Source of the DNA: Octopus vulgaris
Taxonomy: Eukaryota
Reading direction: 5' to 3'
Length of the DNA: 64,000 bases
NCBI GenBank assembly: GCA_951406725.2
Contig: OX597825.1
Location: forward strand, 89,094,001-89,158,000
Shown here one piece after another: positions 25,440-38,758 of this stretch. Below the pieces are notes generated by a model. It made no database searches. It worked only from the letters and a program-made list of their open reading frames with translations, and was not told where the DNA came from. Every line of letters begins with the position of its first letter. Within the stretch, counting starts at the first letter, position 1. The translations under genes were made by a program, and so were the position numbers.

Positions 25440-27710
25440 GAGTGAAATTAAGTTTGAACAGTTAGAAGATGTCAAACTGCCAAACTGAAGAACGGCAGGA
25501 CCACACGGAATTCAAGTCTACTGGCTCAAGTAGTTAAGGTCAACACACAAGAGAATTGCGTTGCAATTAGACAATTGCCTACAGAGCGTTGCAGTTCCAG
25601 AATGGATGGTAGAGGGGAAACTAGCATTGTTTATGAAAGGTCGGTCAAAGAGCAATGAGGTTGGCAATTACCAACCCATTGCTTGTCTTAACCTCCTATG
25701 GAAAATTTTAACAGGTATCCTCGCTGGGAAAATATCTACGTTCCTTACGGAAGACAATCTACTGCCAGTACAACAAAAATGATGCCGAAAAGGATCCAAG
25801 AGCACCAAGAACCACCTTCTGATAGGCTAAGTTATAATGAAGGACTGTAAATGGTACCAGAACAAAATTTATGCATGGCTTGTACAGAATTCAAAAAGGC
25901 TTATGACATGTTGCCATATTCGTGTATTTTGGAAACACTCGACATTTGTGGAAAAGCTGAGAAGGTGTGTACATTGATTAAGAACAGCATACGTAGTTGG
26001 AAAATACGTCTTCCCTGTAACAATCAGCAGTTAGCCGAGCTAACAGTCATAAGAAGTATCTTACAAGCAGACTCTTCTTCACCTCTGTCATTTGTTTATG
26101 GCTCTGTTCACACTTTCTGCAGTCCTACGCAAAGTCACGACTATGATCTGAGAAAGAATGAACCTCGTCCCGACCACCTTCTCTTCATGGAGAATGTAAA
26201 ACTGTTCGCTAAAACAGAGCCTGGAATGGAGAGGCTGGTCGAGACTGTGTAAATGTGCAGCAAGGATCTAGGGATGGAATTCCGTGTCTCGAAGTGTGCG
26301 GGCTTACTTTGAAGCAGGGAAAAGAGTAAATCATAGGGGCATAGAGCTGTCAAACGGAGAGAGAATGGAAAACCCAGATGGTGATGGCTACAAGTACCTT
26401 GGGATCCAGTAGTTGGACAATATCTTGCACAGAGAAATTAAAGACAAGGTCATCACTGCATATTTCAAGTGCCTGAAACTTCTCTTGAAATCAAAGGTCA
26501 ACTCAAGGAACCTTGTGACTGCCATCAACATTAGGGTGGCTGCTGCAGTTCGCTATAGTGCACCCATTCTGAGATGGCCACAAGCGGAGATTGACCTACT
26601 TGATCGCTCTGCCCGAAAGACAATGACAATGTATGGTTCCCTCCACCCTAAGACGAATGCACACAGGATCTACATGAAGAGAGGTAAAGGTGGACGTGGA
26701 GTGATTAGCGTACGAGAGTGAATGAACAAGGAAAGAAGAAACATGGCAGAAAATTTAGTAAACTGCAAACAAGATCTGCTACACTATGCTGTTATTGAAG
26801 AAGGATTTAACGAGAATGGACTCGAGATTGCTCATGAATTCCAATTAAGGAGAGCCAACGAGAGAGAAGAAACCCTACTCTGCATGAAATTAGATGGTAC
26901 GTTTCACCGTGAAACCAACAAATTAGGCGTCATGCAGGTGTCTTAACAAGGGTGACCTAAAAGGGAATACTGAAAGCCTAATCATCGCTGCACAGGCCAG
27001 GCATTGAATAGCAACTCAGTGAAAAAGAATCTATGCCACACAAGTGCAACGGACCTCTGCAGAATGGGAAGAGGATCGAAAGCGTGACCCACATTGTTAG
27101 TGCTTGTGAAAGCTTTGCGCAGAAATAGTACAAGAGCAAACGCAAGGCAGCTCCAAATCTCCACTGCCTACTATGTCGTTAGTACGAATATGAGATTATG
27201 GGTGCTTGGTACCAACATGCACCGGAAAATGTAATGGACGAAAAGGGGAAGGCAAAAATCCTTTGTGACTTTGACTTCCAGACAGACAAGGTATTAGATC
27301 ACCGATGCCTTGATATAGTAAGCTTTAGGAGGGAGAAAAACGATTGCCTAATAATTGACGCGGCAGTGCCAGGTGATCCACACATCATCATGAAAGAAAA
27401 AGAAACGATTGGTAAATATGGAGACCTGAGAATTGAGATCGCTTAGATGTGTCAGCTACGAGAGACAAACATAAAAGTTATCCCTATTGTCATCGGAGCA
27501 CTGGGTTCAATACCACCCAATGTGAAAAAAACATCTGAAAGCTCTAGAATCTAGGATTATTGCAAAAGTCAGCATTGCTCGGAACTGCACGCATATTTCG
27601 TAAAGTGTTGTCTGTCTCAAGTCCTTGTTGTGCCTTGACAAACACACAAACCCCCGGCAGACACAATATCTTCAATCAACAACCTCACGATATTATATAC
27701 TGTGCGACGT
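25440..27710 (+). mobile_element. Degraded R4/Dong-clade non-LTR retrotransposon (RT, zinc-finger remnant, RLE, 3' UTR)
   Basis: GPHGIQVYWLK, NYQPIACLNLLWKILT, FKKAYD, ILQADSSSPL, HLLFMENVKLF, YKYLG, RIYMKRGKGGRG, DFDFQTDKVLDHRCLDI...IIDAAVPGD, KYGDL, QKSALLGTARIFRKVL. Confidence 0.9.
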
Positions 27711-27747
27711 CTATGATGATGATGATGATTATAATAATGTTTATAAT

Positions 27748-27968
27748 ATTGGTTTCAAATTTTGTCACAAGGGCAGCAATTTTGATGGGGAGAGGATTAG
27801 TCGATTACATCGAGCGCGGTGTTCAACCGGTACTTTTTTTATCGATCCCGAAATGGATGAAAAGCAAAGTCAACCTCAGCGTAATTTGATCTCAGAATCT
27901 AGCAACGGACGAAATACTGCCAAGCATTTCGTTTAGCATGATAACGATTCTGACAGAGTGCTGCCCTA
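27748..27968 (-). mobile_element. tRNA-derived SINE, family A
   Basis: Reverse complement aligns with the 12288/12513 copies; ends CCCTTGTGACAAAATTTGAAACC + ATT. Confidence 0.7.
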
Positions 27969-27980
27969 ATAATAACAATA

Positions 27981-28184
27981 ATGGTTTCAAATTTCGCTAC
28001 AAGAGTCGCTGGAGCTAGTCGATTACATCAAGCCTAGCGTTTCACTAGAACTTAATTTATCGACTCCGAAAGGATGAAAGGCAACATCGACCACGGCAGA
28101 ATTTGAACTCAAAATGGACCGACATGCGAAATACCACTAAGCATTTTGTCCAGCGCGCAAATGATTCTGACAGCTCGCTGTCCT
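27981..28184 (-). mobile_element. tRNA-derived SINE, family A
   Basis: GCGAGCTGTCAGAATC head, GAGTTCAAATTC B-box, TTGCCTTTCATCCTTTCGGAGTCGATAAA core. Confidence 0.75.
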
Positions 28185-28220
28185 AATACTACTACTACTG
28201 CTACTACTACTAATACTAAT

Positions 28221-31000
28221 ATTTTCTTTATTGGCCACAAGGGCCCACACAAAAAACAAAAGGACATTACACAAAACAAACAAGGGAGGCGGGGTTTAGA
28301 CGATGCGTGAAAACAGTAAATAAACAAAAACAATTAACAATATAATTCAAGCAATTAAATTCCCGAAAAGGAGGAAATCGGAAGAGGATCATCCAAGAAA
28401 ACCTACACATCATGGACACCCCAATCACCCAGTGCACTTCAGGAAAGCACTCCTCTTCTCTTCACCCTCCTCAGGCTACAAGTGCATACTAATTGTAGGC
28501 CCCTTCACATGGGACATCCTCACCACATTCACCACCTTTCGACGAATTTCCTGGGTGACAGCACCTTCCTCTCGATCTTCAGGTTCCTTTTCAAGCGGAA
28601 CCTGAGAAAGTTAATGAGACTTTGGCGGAAGAGGAAAGTGCCTATCTTTAACCTTTTCAGACGCGTCCACACACATCTTTCAACAAAGCCACCAGACAGA
28701 GAAAAACTTTCTGATCATCTCGGCCAATGGAAGATGGTGGAGCGATCTTCACGATGGTCTCAGACGATAGTAGGATCCATCCCACATGCAACAACTGCAC
28801 TTCGACAAAGCTTCACATGTCAGCAATTATTAGTGCGTGCAGGACGGTTTCACCGCTCTGCGCGGATCCCATGCCTGTAGAGCTTGTATCGAACCTGCAG
28901 AGCTCCCTGTCAGGCCAGAAATCATCCATGGGCCCCGGCTCATACGTTCCTCGGAATGGACCAGCCAACTGATCGTTCGCAATGCCAGAGATTCGCCCAG
29001 CACGTCGTCAATCGTGCCCCCACGCCCACTGGAGTTTACACCGACCGCATTGCCTGACTGGTTGGAGGCTATAAACATTTGGAGACACAATAAGTACCAT
29101 GCACCCTCTCTCGGTGTACATTTCAATCAGGACTGTCGCTCCGTCAAAGAGACGAACAGTGGAAAGGTATCGCTAGAGATATCGCAGCCTCAGCGCGTGC
29201 CTGCGCATCATTAGCTACAGCATTTCCAGATCTCAACGCAGCGGATGCGGATGGCAAATGGACCATTTGACAAGCGGGACCAGTCCTTTCCACAGAGAGT
29301 GGAAGAGTAAACTCTCCAGCTTACACAAACACGAAACAGGGCAAGGAAGAACGATTAGGCGGTAATAAAATACCGATGCAACCTAAATCATTCAGGATGT
29401 TTCTCGTAAAATCCAGCCTCCGCAGTAATGGCTCCAGAGCCAGTATGGACAGAAGTGGTGAGGGTTGGCATCCTTGACGAACAGATGTCCCTATATATTG
29501 CAGCGATCCAGCCTCTGAAAATGGGACCCAAACCAGCCGCCTTCAGGACAACCACGGCTTATCGATGCTCGACCCTACCAAAACCTTTCGATTAATCCGA
29601 ATTGATTAGGGCTCCACTCATGCAAGGTTCTTTACCAGCCCTCTCTATGATATATCGTGTTAGGTGGAAGTTGTGGATAGATCTGTTGGGGATAGCGCAA
29701 GTCTGCGCTGCACCCACTAGTCTGTCACCAATATCCTCCAAAAGCTAACTGAAGAATTCTGGCATATGAGTATAAAGCTCGAAGGGCAGACAATCCAAAG
29801 CCGGGGACCTGTCTCTTGTAAGCGAGACATCGCCTCTCAAACATCTTCGGCTATCATAAGTGCCAATCTTGCCGCCAGCTCGTCTATCGCTTTGCTTTTA
29901 TTAAGTGCTTCTTCTAGTTTCCTAAGTAGGTCACAATTTACTCTAGTCTCCTCTATTGCTATGTCCTTGCTAGACCCTAACACTTCTACTTTAATCGTAC
30001 TTTTTAACGCCACCCATCATCGGTTGTTGACGACATCACCCATCAACTTTCGATGAATGAATTTGCTAAGCCGGTTTCTAAAAGCGACGGGAAGGACATG
30101 TTTAGCTTCTAGTATCCGGGGCCCTGCCTCTGAAGCCTATCTAGATCGACCGTACAGATCACAAAATTGTGGTTTGCGTTGACGGCAACTTTAAATTGTG
30201 GACACCCTATGCTATTCTTATCTATTGGCCTACAGAACAACCTATATAAATATGACCGTGATGATCCGATGCGAGTTGCCCAAGTCCTTATTGGCGTATC
30301 CAAGAAATCCTGTCTGTACATGTCAACCTGTTGGAAGTGACTGTACAAGTTTACGAGGCTTTTGCAGCCGCCTCTGCTATCGGTTACACCCCACTGGACC
30401 AGACGTGCATACAAAATAGCGTTCAAATCACCCACTAATATTTATGAGCGAGACGTTCCCAGGAAAACCTCCAGGTTTTTGAAAATTTCTAGCTGCCCCG
30501 TCCCCGTCTGGACATCGACAGCAACCAGTCTAAAAGCACTACTATTCACTTTTCACGGTAGCTCTCCAGTAATTTTTGCTTCCTCCTTTGATTTGAACCT
30601 TACCTCGACAGTCCCTTAATTCTTCCCCCTGGCCACGTAGGTTTTACTCTTCCACACCGGACATAGGCTTTTCTCTAATTGAAGTTGTCACCTGAAAAAA
30701 CTCTTCTACTTCTCGTGCAATTTGTTTTATATAGAACAGTCCGTAAACCGATTTCATGCTGAACAGTTCTAGAAATGTTTAGAGCTACATTTCTGCCACA
30801 TTTATTTAGCATGCATTTAGCATTCCTGAACTAATTTTTATCTAAAAAATATATCATCACTCACTTGCCGTGTTTCTTGCACGAAATCGAAACCGTTCCG
30901 ACTGGATTTGCTTCTGTCGATTTCGATGTTTTTACGTCACTCATGTCGGTGATGGTGGTGGCGATGTGGGACCTGCAGCTGGCAGTGGAGGCGCAAGTTT
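28221..31000 (-). mobile_element. Degraded, internally deleted Tx1/L1-like LINE (ORF1 part, APE endonuclease, RT parts, 3' end); same family as 7421-12177
   Basis: APE motifs GDLNA, TW, SRSYL, NHNFV at 30109-30435. RT segments align to 10270-10620. The 3' end CCCTTGTGGCCAATAAA matches 12160-12177; 30545-30821 matches 8012-8268. Confidence 0.8.
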
Positions 31001-31321
31001 TTTTCTCTTGTATTGTTAGAGTTTTGATTTTCTTTTATTTCTCTGGTGGCAAAGGGGGAGGGGGGAGGAATGAGGCAAAGGGAAGTCGTTCCCATGCGTA
31101 TTATTCCCGGTATTACATACAGTTTCGGTATTGATATTTGGGGCGGCCAATATTTTGTAATATACATCTATAATCCAGAAGAAACTTACAAAATGGAACA
31201 TGAACTGATAATATACAACACACACTTTCCAATTGCTATCGGACTATTTCTAACTGTGGATAATTACAATTAGTCAAAACTAAATGCAGTCATGTAGGGA
31301 AAATGTTGTTGTTTCACTGCT

Positions 31322-31700
31322 ATCTATCTATCCGCTCAGTCGAAGTCGACTCTCGGTTACTCGTTGGATCAGTGTCCTCCAGTCAGTTTTATCCTGGGCC
31401 GCTTCTTTCAGATTGGCTATGTTCATTCTGGTATCCCTCTTGATGGTGTCAAGCCAGCGGGTTCTTGGTCGGCCTCTTCCTCTCTTGCCACTGACCATTC
31501 CGAGCATGATGTCCTTCTCCAGGGATTTTCTCCGCATAATATGACCGAAATATGCCAATCTATGCTTGGTGATCCTAGCTTCTAGCGACATTTTCGGCCT
31601 GATCTGCTTAAGAAAATCTCCATTGGTGAGCCTCGCTGTCCATGGAATGCGTAAAAGTCTTCTCCAACACCAAAGCTCGAATGCATTAATTCTCTTCTTA
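31322..31700 (-). mobile_element. RTE/BovB-like LINE 3' end
   Basis: Open frame KRINAFELWCWRRLLRIPWTAR...RLAYFGHIMRRKSLEKDIMLGMVSGKRGRGRPRTRWLDTIK...VTESRLRL, followed by a short (ATAG)n tail. Confidence 0.9.
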
Positions 31701-33521
31701 GAAACAGTAATATATTAAGTAGAACATAAAATTTGGTCCACAAAATTTGCTGTTACGAATTTCTGTATTTTCAATCAGTCTGAGAAATAAAAACTGAAAA
31801 TAGTATGAAAAAATATTACAGACGAAGATTATTGGTTTGATTTAGGGTTTTTAACTGTCCATCAGTGTCTAGATGTAACATTGTCTAGCTTTTCAGAAAT
31901 CTGTATAATATCACCTAACAATATTTTCTTCCTTCTATTGCTTTTATTTATTTCGTGAATTCCTTTTTAAATCTGTGTAGGAATTATTTGCCTAAATGTT
32001 ATAGTTTTCGCCTAGCAGAAGTTACATAACATTTGGGAGACTTTATTTGAAAATACTCCGCATTAGTTCGCTATTTTGGATGCTGAGAATGTTACAGAAT
32101 GCTATGAAATCAAAGTGAAGAAGTGAATCTGCGTATGAATTGTAAAGTCAATCCTGTTTCAGACTGGACACCCCTGACAGTTATTAGCTGGCATTGAAGG
32201 GTGGCAAACAAATGTAGTTTATCCACCAAATATAGCTGACGAGAATTCTTGTAGAAGGAAGGTTAGCTTTTTCAGAATGTTACAAATGAAAAATTATTAG
32301 TTTTAGTCAGGCGGTCGTGCGGATGAAAGGTGATGAGGCCTGGGTTAATAATTATTCTGAGTGATATCTATTTATATAACAGCAATTCCATCTAAATTTT
32401 TAAGCAAGGAACTCAACGAATCGCAAAATCGTATTTGGATTTTTCCTTTTTTTTATATACGGTATAAATAACTCGATTTATAGTTCGGGTTAATTTGAGA
32501 TATAAAGCGATATCTGCTTTAGTATATTGTAATTTATAGGGTGCTACACTGAAAGTCGTTTTGTCTAAATGATTTACAAAACGTTATGTTTTGGAGAATA
32601 CTTTTGGCCATCAGGTGGAGAAAAACCAATTAAGGCAAAGCGAGAAAGAACTGTTGAAAGAATTGATTTCTCCTGCGTGTTTGTAGGTGACAGAATTGCA
32701 TGCGTTTCCGTACAAAATTCATTCAATAATTGCAAATTTTCTTTACATCTTCAACTTGTTGTTTAATGAAATTAGTCTTTCTAATAGAAATAAGGTTTAC
32801 GCAATCGACTTCTTTCTTTAAATATGAGAAAAATATTAGGGTACTTGTCTTACACTGGATGGGAAACTGTTCAAGGGCCACAATGATATTCAATTCAGTT
32901 TTCTCGTAACATGCTAAATAAATATTATCAATGGCATATATAAATACATTTATATTTATAGTTGCTCAAACTATTTGGGTAGATTTATGGAATTCAATTC
33001 CCAAACTGACAAGAGAGAAAATGTTATTGGATTTTTGTACAACACGAAATGTTTATGTTGTCGAAGAAGCACTGAATGAATTTCGGAAGAGAAAATATTC
33101 TTATAAAGTATTATTTCCAAAACTGCTTATGAAATAACCAATGATTTATGTGAGTTGAATATAAAGTTCAGCACATAAATCTATAAATTCCATTTTTAAG
33201 GTATCATGACAAATTGTACGTGTCAATGGAAACGCGCATAATTATTTATGGCCACATAATTGTTCCTAAAATAGAAGAAAATTAATGAATGAATTCAATA
33301 ATTTTAAATTGAATTTCTGTGGGATTAATGATCGGTTTCATATTTAACATAGAATAATTTTTAATCCTGTTAAGGATAGTAAATATCAATTCTATGAAAC
33401 TGATCATATATACATATAAACTTTAAATGATTATTTTGACGCTTTCGAGTGAATATAATAATAGAAAATTTGGAAGGGTTTTATCTTATTTAGATATAAG
33501 TAATGTTCTTTATTTTATTTC

Positions 33522-33841
33522 CATCTTGGGCAAGTGTCTTCTGCTATAGCCCCGGGCCGACCAATGCCTTGTGAGTGGATTTGGTAGACGGAAACTGAAA
33601 GAAACCTGTCGTATATATGTATATATGTGTATGTGTTTGTGTGTCTGTGTTTGTCCCCCTAGCATTGCTTGACAACCGATGCTGGTGTGTTTACGTCCCC
33701 GTCACTTAGCGGTTCGGCAAAAGAGACCGATAGAATAAGTACTGGGCTTACAAAGAATAATTCCCGGGGTCGATTTGCTCGACTTAAGGCGGTGCTCCAG
33801 CATGGCCGCAGTCAGATGACTGAAACAAGTAAAAGAGTAAA
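33522..33841 (+). mobile_element. SINE family B (5'-truncated) with internal microsatellite
   Basis: TTGGGCAAGTGTCTTCT...GCCTTGTGAGTGGATTTGGTAGACGGAAA, TA/TG tract, ...GAGACCGATAGAATAAGTAC...GTGCTCCAGCATGGCCGCAGTC. Homologous to 49883-50327 and 60967-61165. Confidence 0.8.
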
Positions 33842-34559
33842 CATAGATCGGGCAATTCTATTCATTATAACAACAGATGTTACCGTATGCTTAATAACTC
33901 TATTTTAAATTTTCTATTTCGTAAACTGATTTCAATATCTCAGTTTCATAATCTGAGAGGTAGTGGCTTATATAAATCTAAGTTAAAGAGAGAAAATTAG
34001 AATTCACGTTTTAATTTTTTAATATAGTTAAGTGGTCAAAGAATAACAGAACTTTTAGTTTCTGCTTGCAGGGTTTTTATTGTTTATGTAAATATATATA
34101 CGTAATGGATTTAGTGCAAATTCAAGTATTGATACGTAGACTAAGAAAACAGCCTTAATCGACTTTAGAACCTTTTCCGCTTGTGATCAGACGTGTGTAC
34201 ATTGATTTTATCAGTTCTAGAGACGCAACTAGCCAATCTGTAGGCATTCAGTTGCTCCAGTTTGCAAATTTGTATCTTGAGAGAATTGGAGCTACTAAAA
34301 TGCCGTGAGTGTTTAACATACGATTGAACTGTTGCCATTGATTTTTAAAAATATATTTTGTAAAATACTTCCTTATATTTTCAATCGTTTTCGCTTTATT
34401 GATAATCAAACGGAAAATTTTTCCAGTAATGTCTTCCTGTCACCTCTTCACTCCCCATATTTCTGTTTGTATCCAGTTTCACGTGCTTTTCGACATCAAA
34501 CTTTAAAAAACAAAAACACAATGATGTTTATAAATGAAAATTATTTTGTTGCCCGTCTT

Positions 34560-35060
34560 CATCTACTTTAACTTGGCCCTCAACTTCATCTACACGTCAG
34601 AAAAAAAGCTTCCATAGTAGAGACTAAATGCTGTGTTTGAAGCAGTTTATCTTTCTTCAATTATGTTTTATTAGACCTTCATCTGCAAAACACTCGTTTC
34701 TTCACCAATATTTCTTTCTGTAAAGTTGCAAGGTTATCTGCTGAACATTTATCAACCGTTCTCGCATTAATGCATGTTTAATCGTTTCCAAAACCTGTCA
34801 AAGGATCTCTGATTCCAGTAAAGGCTTCCTTAGTTTCCTTCATCAATTTACTTTTGTTTCTTTCCGCTTTCTTTAGATTTAAACTGACAGCTTTAGCTTT
34901 GATGGTAGTTTGATAAGAATATATAACTTTTGATTGCCAGCATTGACTTAGATTGATAAAAATTTCAATTATTTTTCGTGTTCCTGCAGTTGTTGAGAAT
35001 TCAGTGATGAAGCTGCACTTTGTCCACGCTGGTTATAAATCTTGCATTTCCTATTACTAA
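34560..35060 (-). mobile_element. Possible highly decayed pogo/Tigger transposase relic
   Basis: Minus translation TIKAKAVSL...EAFTG...F...INARTVDKCSAD loosely resembles the Tigger CENP-B HTH segment (IxxKAxxL...FxASxGWFxxF...GExxSAD). Confidence 0.3.
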
Positions 35061-35277
35061 ACATCATTGATTTCCCGACGGCATTGTTCCGGCATTTATT
35101 TCGATTTTTTTTTCTCTTAGCAGATTCAGCCTTTACTGCATGAAAACGATTACAATAATTTGAGAAGTTGTAAATATAATTAACTTAGTAACACAGCTCC
35201 TAGTAGCATAATTTTTTTTTAAACGTTGACTCTATATCTTGACACGGTGAAAGTGTACGTACAGAGAACCTGGTCCG

Positions 35278-35311
<34 letters not shown>

Positions 35312-35510
35312 CTATCATGTCTGTAATAGATTTGTGACTATTCGGTGGTACAGAAGTATTTTTTGACTTCTATCTTTAGCGATATAGGTACCCATGTAGT
35401 ACCCTTGTGTATATATGTACATATCTAATATTTTATGTATATATTTTCTTAATTTGCCTGTACGGCTGATAATTCGCTTACCACTTGTGATTGTATTTTA
35501 ATAATACCAT

Positions 35511-35592
<82 letters not shown>

Positions 35593-36848
35593 ATATATAG
35601 CACAAATTTAATGTATGAAGTATTACTAATGCAGAATATTGAAGCGAGAATTAAGTACCTGCACAATTTTAAAACTATTGATATTGGTTCAGAGCAATAA
35701 TTCATATTAGCTACAGCCACAATCACCGACGTTATTATTACCTTAATGAGTTAACATCTAGTATTGGCTGTTCGGAAAGTTCTACCAAACATTGAAACAT
35801 ATATGTGAAGGGTAGAACACATTGATATTGCAGAGGAGACAGTGATAGCGCTCCAACCATACATAATTCTTCTATCTAGAAGCACCAAAGAAATCAATGT
35901 GGTAGAATTTATACTGGCCCAGAAACAAAGATTTTCATATCTTCAACTAATGAAGAATGCCAAATGCCAAGGCTTGTTGTCATCTCAAAATATAGAATAC
36001 GCCCATATTGTCCGAAAATTGAGCGATTGCAATTCCTCTACAACACCAAAAAAATATTTTTCGAGAAAATTAATTCGGAACCAAAACAACTTATGAGTCC
36101 ATCAACAAAATAGCCATATCCGCTGAGAACATTTTAGTATGGATCTGATTGAGAAGAGCCAAGAAATATAATCGGGATGTATATGTGATGACTATTTCAG
36201 CCATCACTTGCACACTGAAACGAAGTCTTAAGGCAAACGGACAAAATATTCGAGTCGCTGAGACAAGACCTGAAAATATAGAAAGGTTGCCAAATCTGTG
36301 AAAACTCTGGTCACCATCAGATTAACTGGAAATCCCTTTTATAAAACCTCTACAGTTTCTGTTTGGGACTAAGCAGCTCGTTATTCATTTCAGCTATTTC
36401 GCTTTGACTACATTGCATTATTGCATACATAATTGTATTGCATAGAGAATTCCGCTTAAATTGTTAGCAGCCAAAATAATTGAGTTTACCACATGGTATA
36501 AATACACACACATTCACATACACACACGAGCACGCACACACACACACACACACAAAGAACACTAACATATACTTTGTGTATGTGGAATTGCATTCAGCAT
36601 ATTGAAGGATTTTTAGTTATTTTTCAAAATAATTTTTATTTCATAATCACATTTTATACACCCTAGCTCTATAGTACCAAATATAAATTACAAGGATGTT
36701 AAACATTTTGCACTGAAGTTTTAATGTATACAGTTATATTTATAACGCAAAATAAAATAGAACACATGTTTATAAACACTTTCTGTGCGCGCATATAAGT
36801 AACATGTATAATATATAGACATATATGTATTTCAGATGTGTATGCAGC

Positions 36849-36884
<36 letters not shown>

Positions 36885-37206
36885 GTAACATGTATGCAGC
36901 GTGTGTATATATCTATATACGTGCATGCATATACAAATGTATGCAATATATATATAATTACACATAAACATATATACGTATATATGCTAAATGTATACAT
37001 GGCCATTTGCAAATATGCTTATGTCAAGAGGTATAGATAAATGTGTGTGCATGTATTATACATGCACACTACATATAAACGTCCACATGATATATACACA
37101 CAATTTTACAAATTTAATAAATAAGAATTTTATATACATGCAAATTTAATACAAATTATAAAATATATATTTTGATATATATTGTGTGTATGTATATAAG
37201 TATAAC

Positions 37207-37264
<58 letters not shown>

Positions 37265-38690
37265 CGGGCGCGTTTCAACACATTGATAAAATGGCACAAT
37301 ATATAATAGGAAAGTTTTTACCTGTATACTTTTTTCTAAAGCATCGTTTTCGTAAATTTAATTAAATGAAATCTATCCATTAGGTATAATAACCGGTCGA
37401 ATTTGTTTTTTTCCTGCTATAACTTACGCCACATTTGCGCGTGCGTGATTTCTCTTGAAAGCAGATTGCCTAGTGGCGATCGTATGAGGTTTTTGATCGT
37501 TAGGAGACTCACCGTGGTGTCGTTTCCATAAAACGGGGCTCGCGTTGAGTCCTTAATCAGGGTACTTCATTTTGTAATGCTCCCACCTACCCTGATGAAT
37601 ATGCGTCCCAACTGACCGCTTGTGCAAATCTCTGTCTCGAGCAGTCACCGCACACAAATCCGCCACTGGGTTAAATGTAAGATTGTGGAAGGTGCCCGAT
37701 TCCTTCAGATATCTAAAACAACTAGCGAAAGTAAAACAGGGTATTTCAGTAATGTAAACTATATTTAATGGGAATTAGTTTTTCACTCTCGTTATTCAAT
37801 TTATCGACAAAAGTAAAATATTTCTCTCGGTTTATTGGCGGCCCCTTATTGATCTATAATTGCAGTCGCATATTCGAAGCTTAAATGTTCGGCATTTGAA
37901 ATACTAAGTAGAAACATAATCATTTAACTCAAAACATTTTGTCAAATATCCTTCCTACATAATATGCTCTTCAATCGTCCAAATATAATATATTAGCATT
38001 GCCGTTGTGTAATACAATACACACTTCATGAATACATTTCTATAGTAGCGTATGCGGAACAACCATGCTGAGTTGTAGAATCAGATAAAGTACATACGCA
38101 TACAAGCGCACACATTATGAATCAATGTTAAGATCTAATTGTATTCATACATCCATTGAAAATTATGCATTTGTACTTACATAATTCTGTGTAAATAATT
38201 TATATAATTATTTGAGTGTATCTTCCTATATAAGTGTATACAAATGTGTTTATATATATATATGTACATATATATGTGTGTGTATACTGTTTACTTATGT
38301 ATATTATATATGCATTTATACATTGTTACATATGTACTGAAATATATATGTAGTTATGGAATGAGACACACACGCACACATATCTAAGGACAGATTCTGT
38401 TTGTATATACATAGGCAAAAACATGTTTATGTACACAAATAATTCAAGATTTTACATCATGTACTTAAATAGACAAACAGGTATAATTGCGTCCATACAC
38501 ACTCACACAGATTGACTTCCTCATTGAAGCACGTCCAAATTTGGTGATCAACTCATTGAGTGATGCTTATTTTCTTGACCTGTGACACTGAAAGGCAATG
38601 CTGACACCGGTTAAATATGAAGTAGAAATTGAAATGTTTGAAGCTATTTCCTTGAATGTTTCGTGTGCATTCTTTAACCAATTCACCTCA

Positions 38691-38758
38691 TTATATAATA
38701 CAATATACTGCATACTGTATTGTACTTTATATAATACAATATACTGCATACTGTATTG
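38691..38758 (+). repeat. 36-bp tandem duplication
   Basis: TTATATAATACAATATACTGCATACTGTATTG twice, 36 bp apart. Confidence 0.9.

Noticed and set aside
35760-36310. Possible mariner-like terminus (TATTGGCTGTTCGGAAAGTTC) and internal sequence
   Set aside because: No matching second TIR or transposase motif could be recognised.
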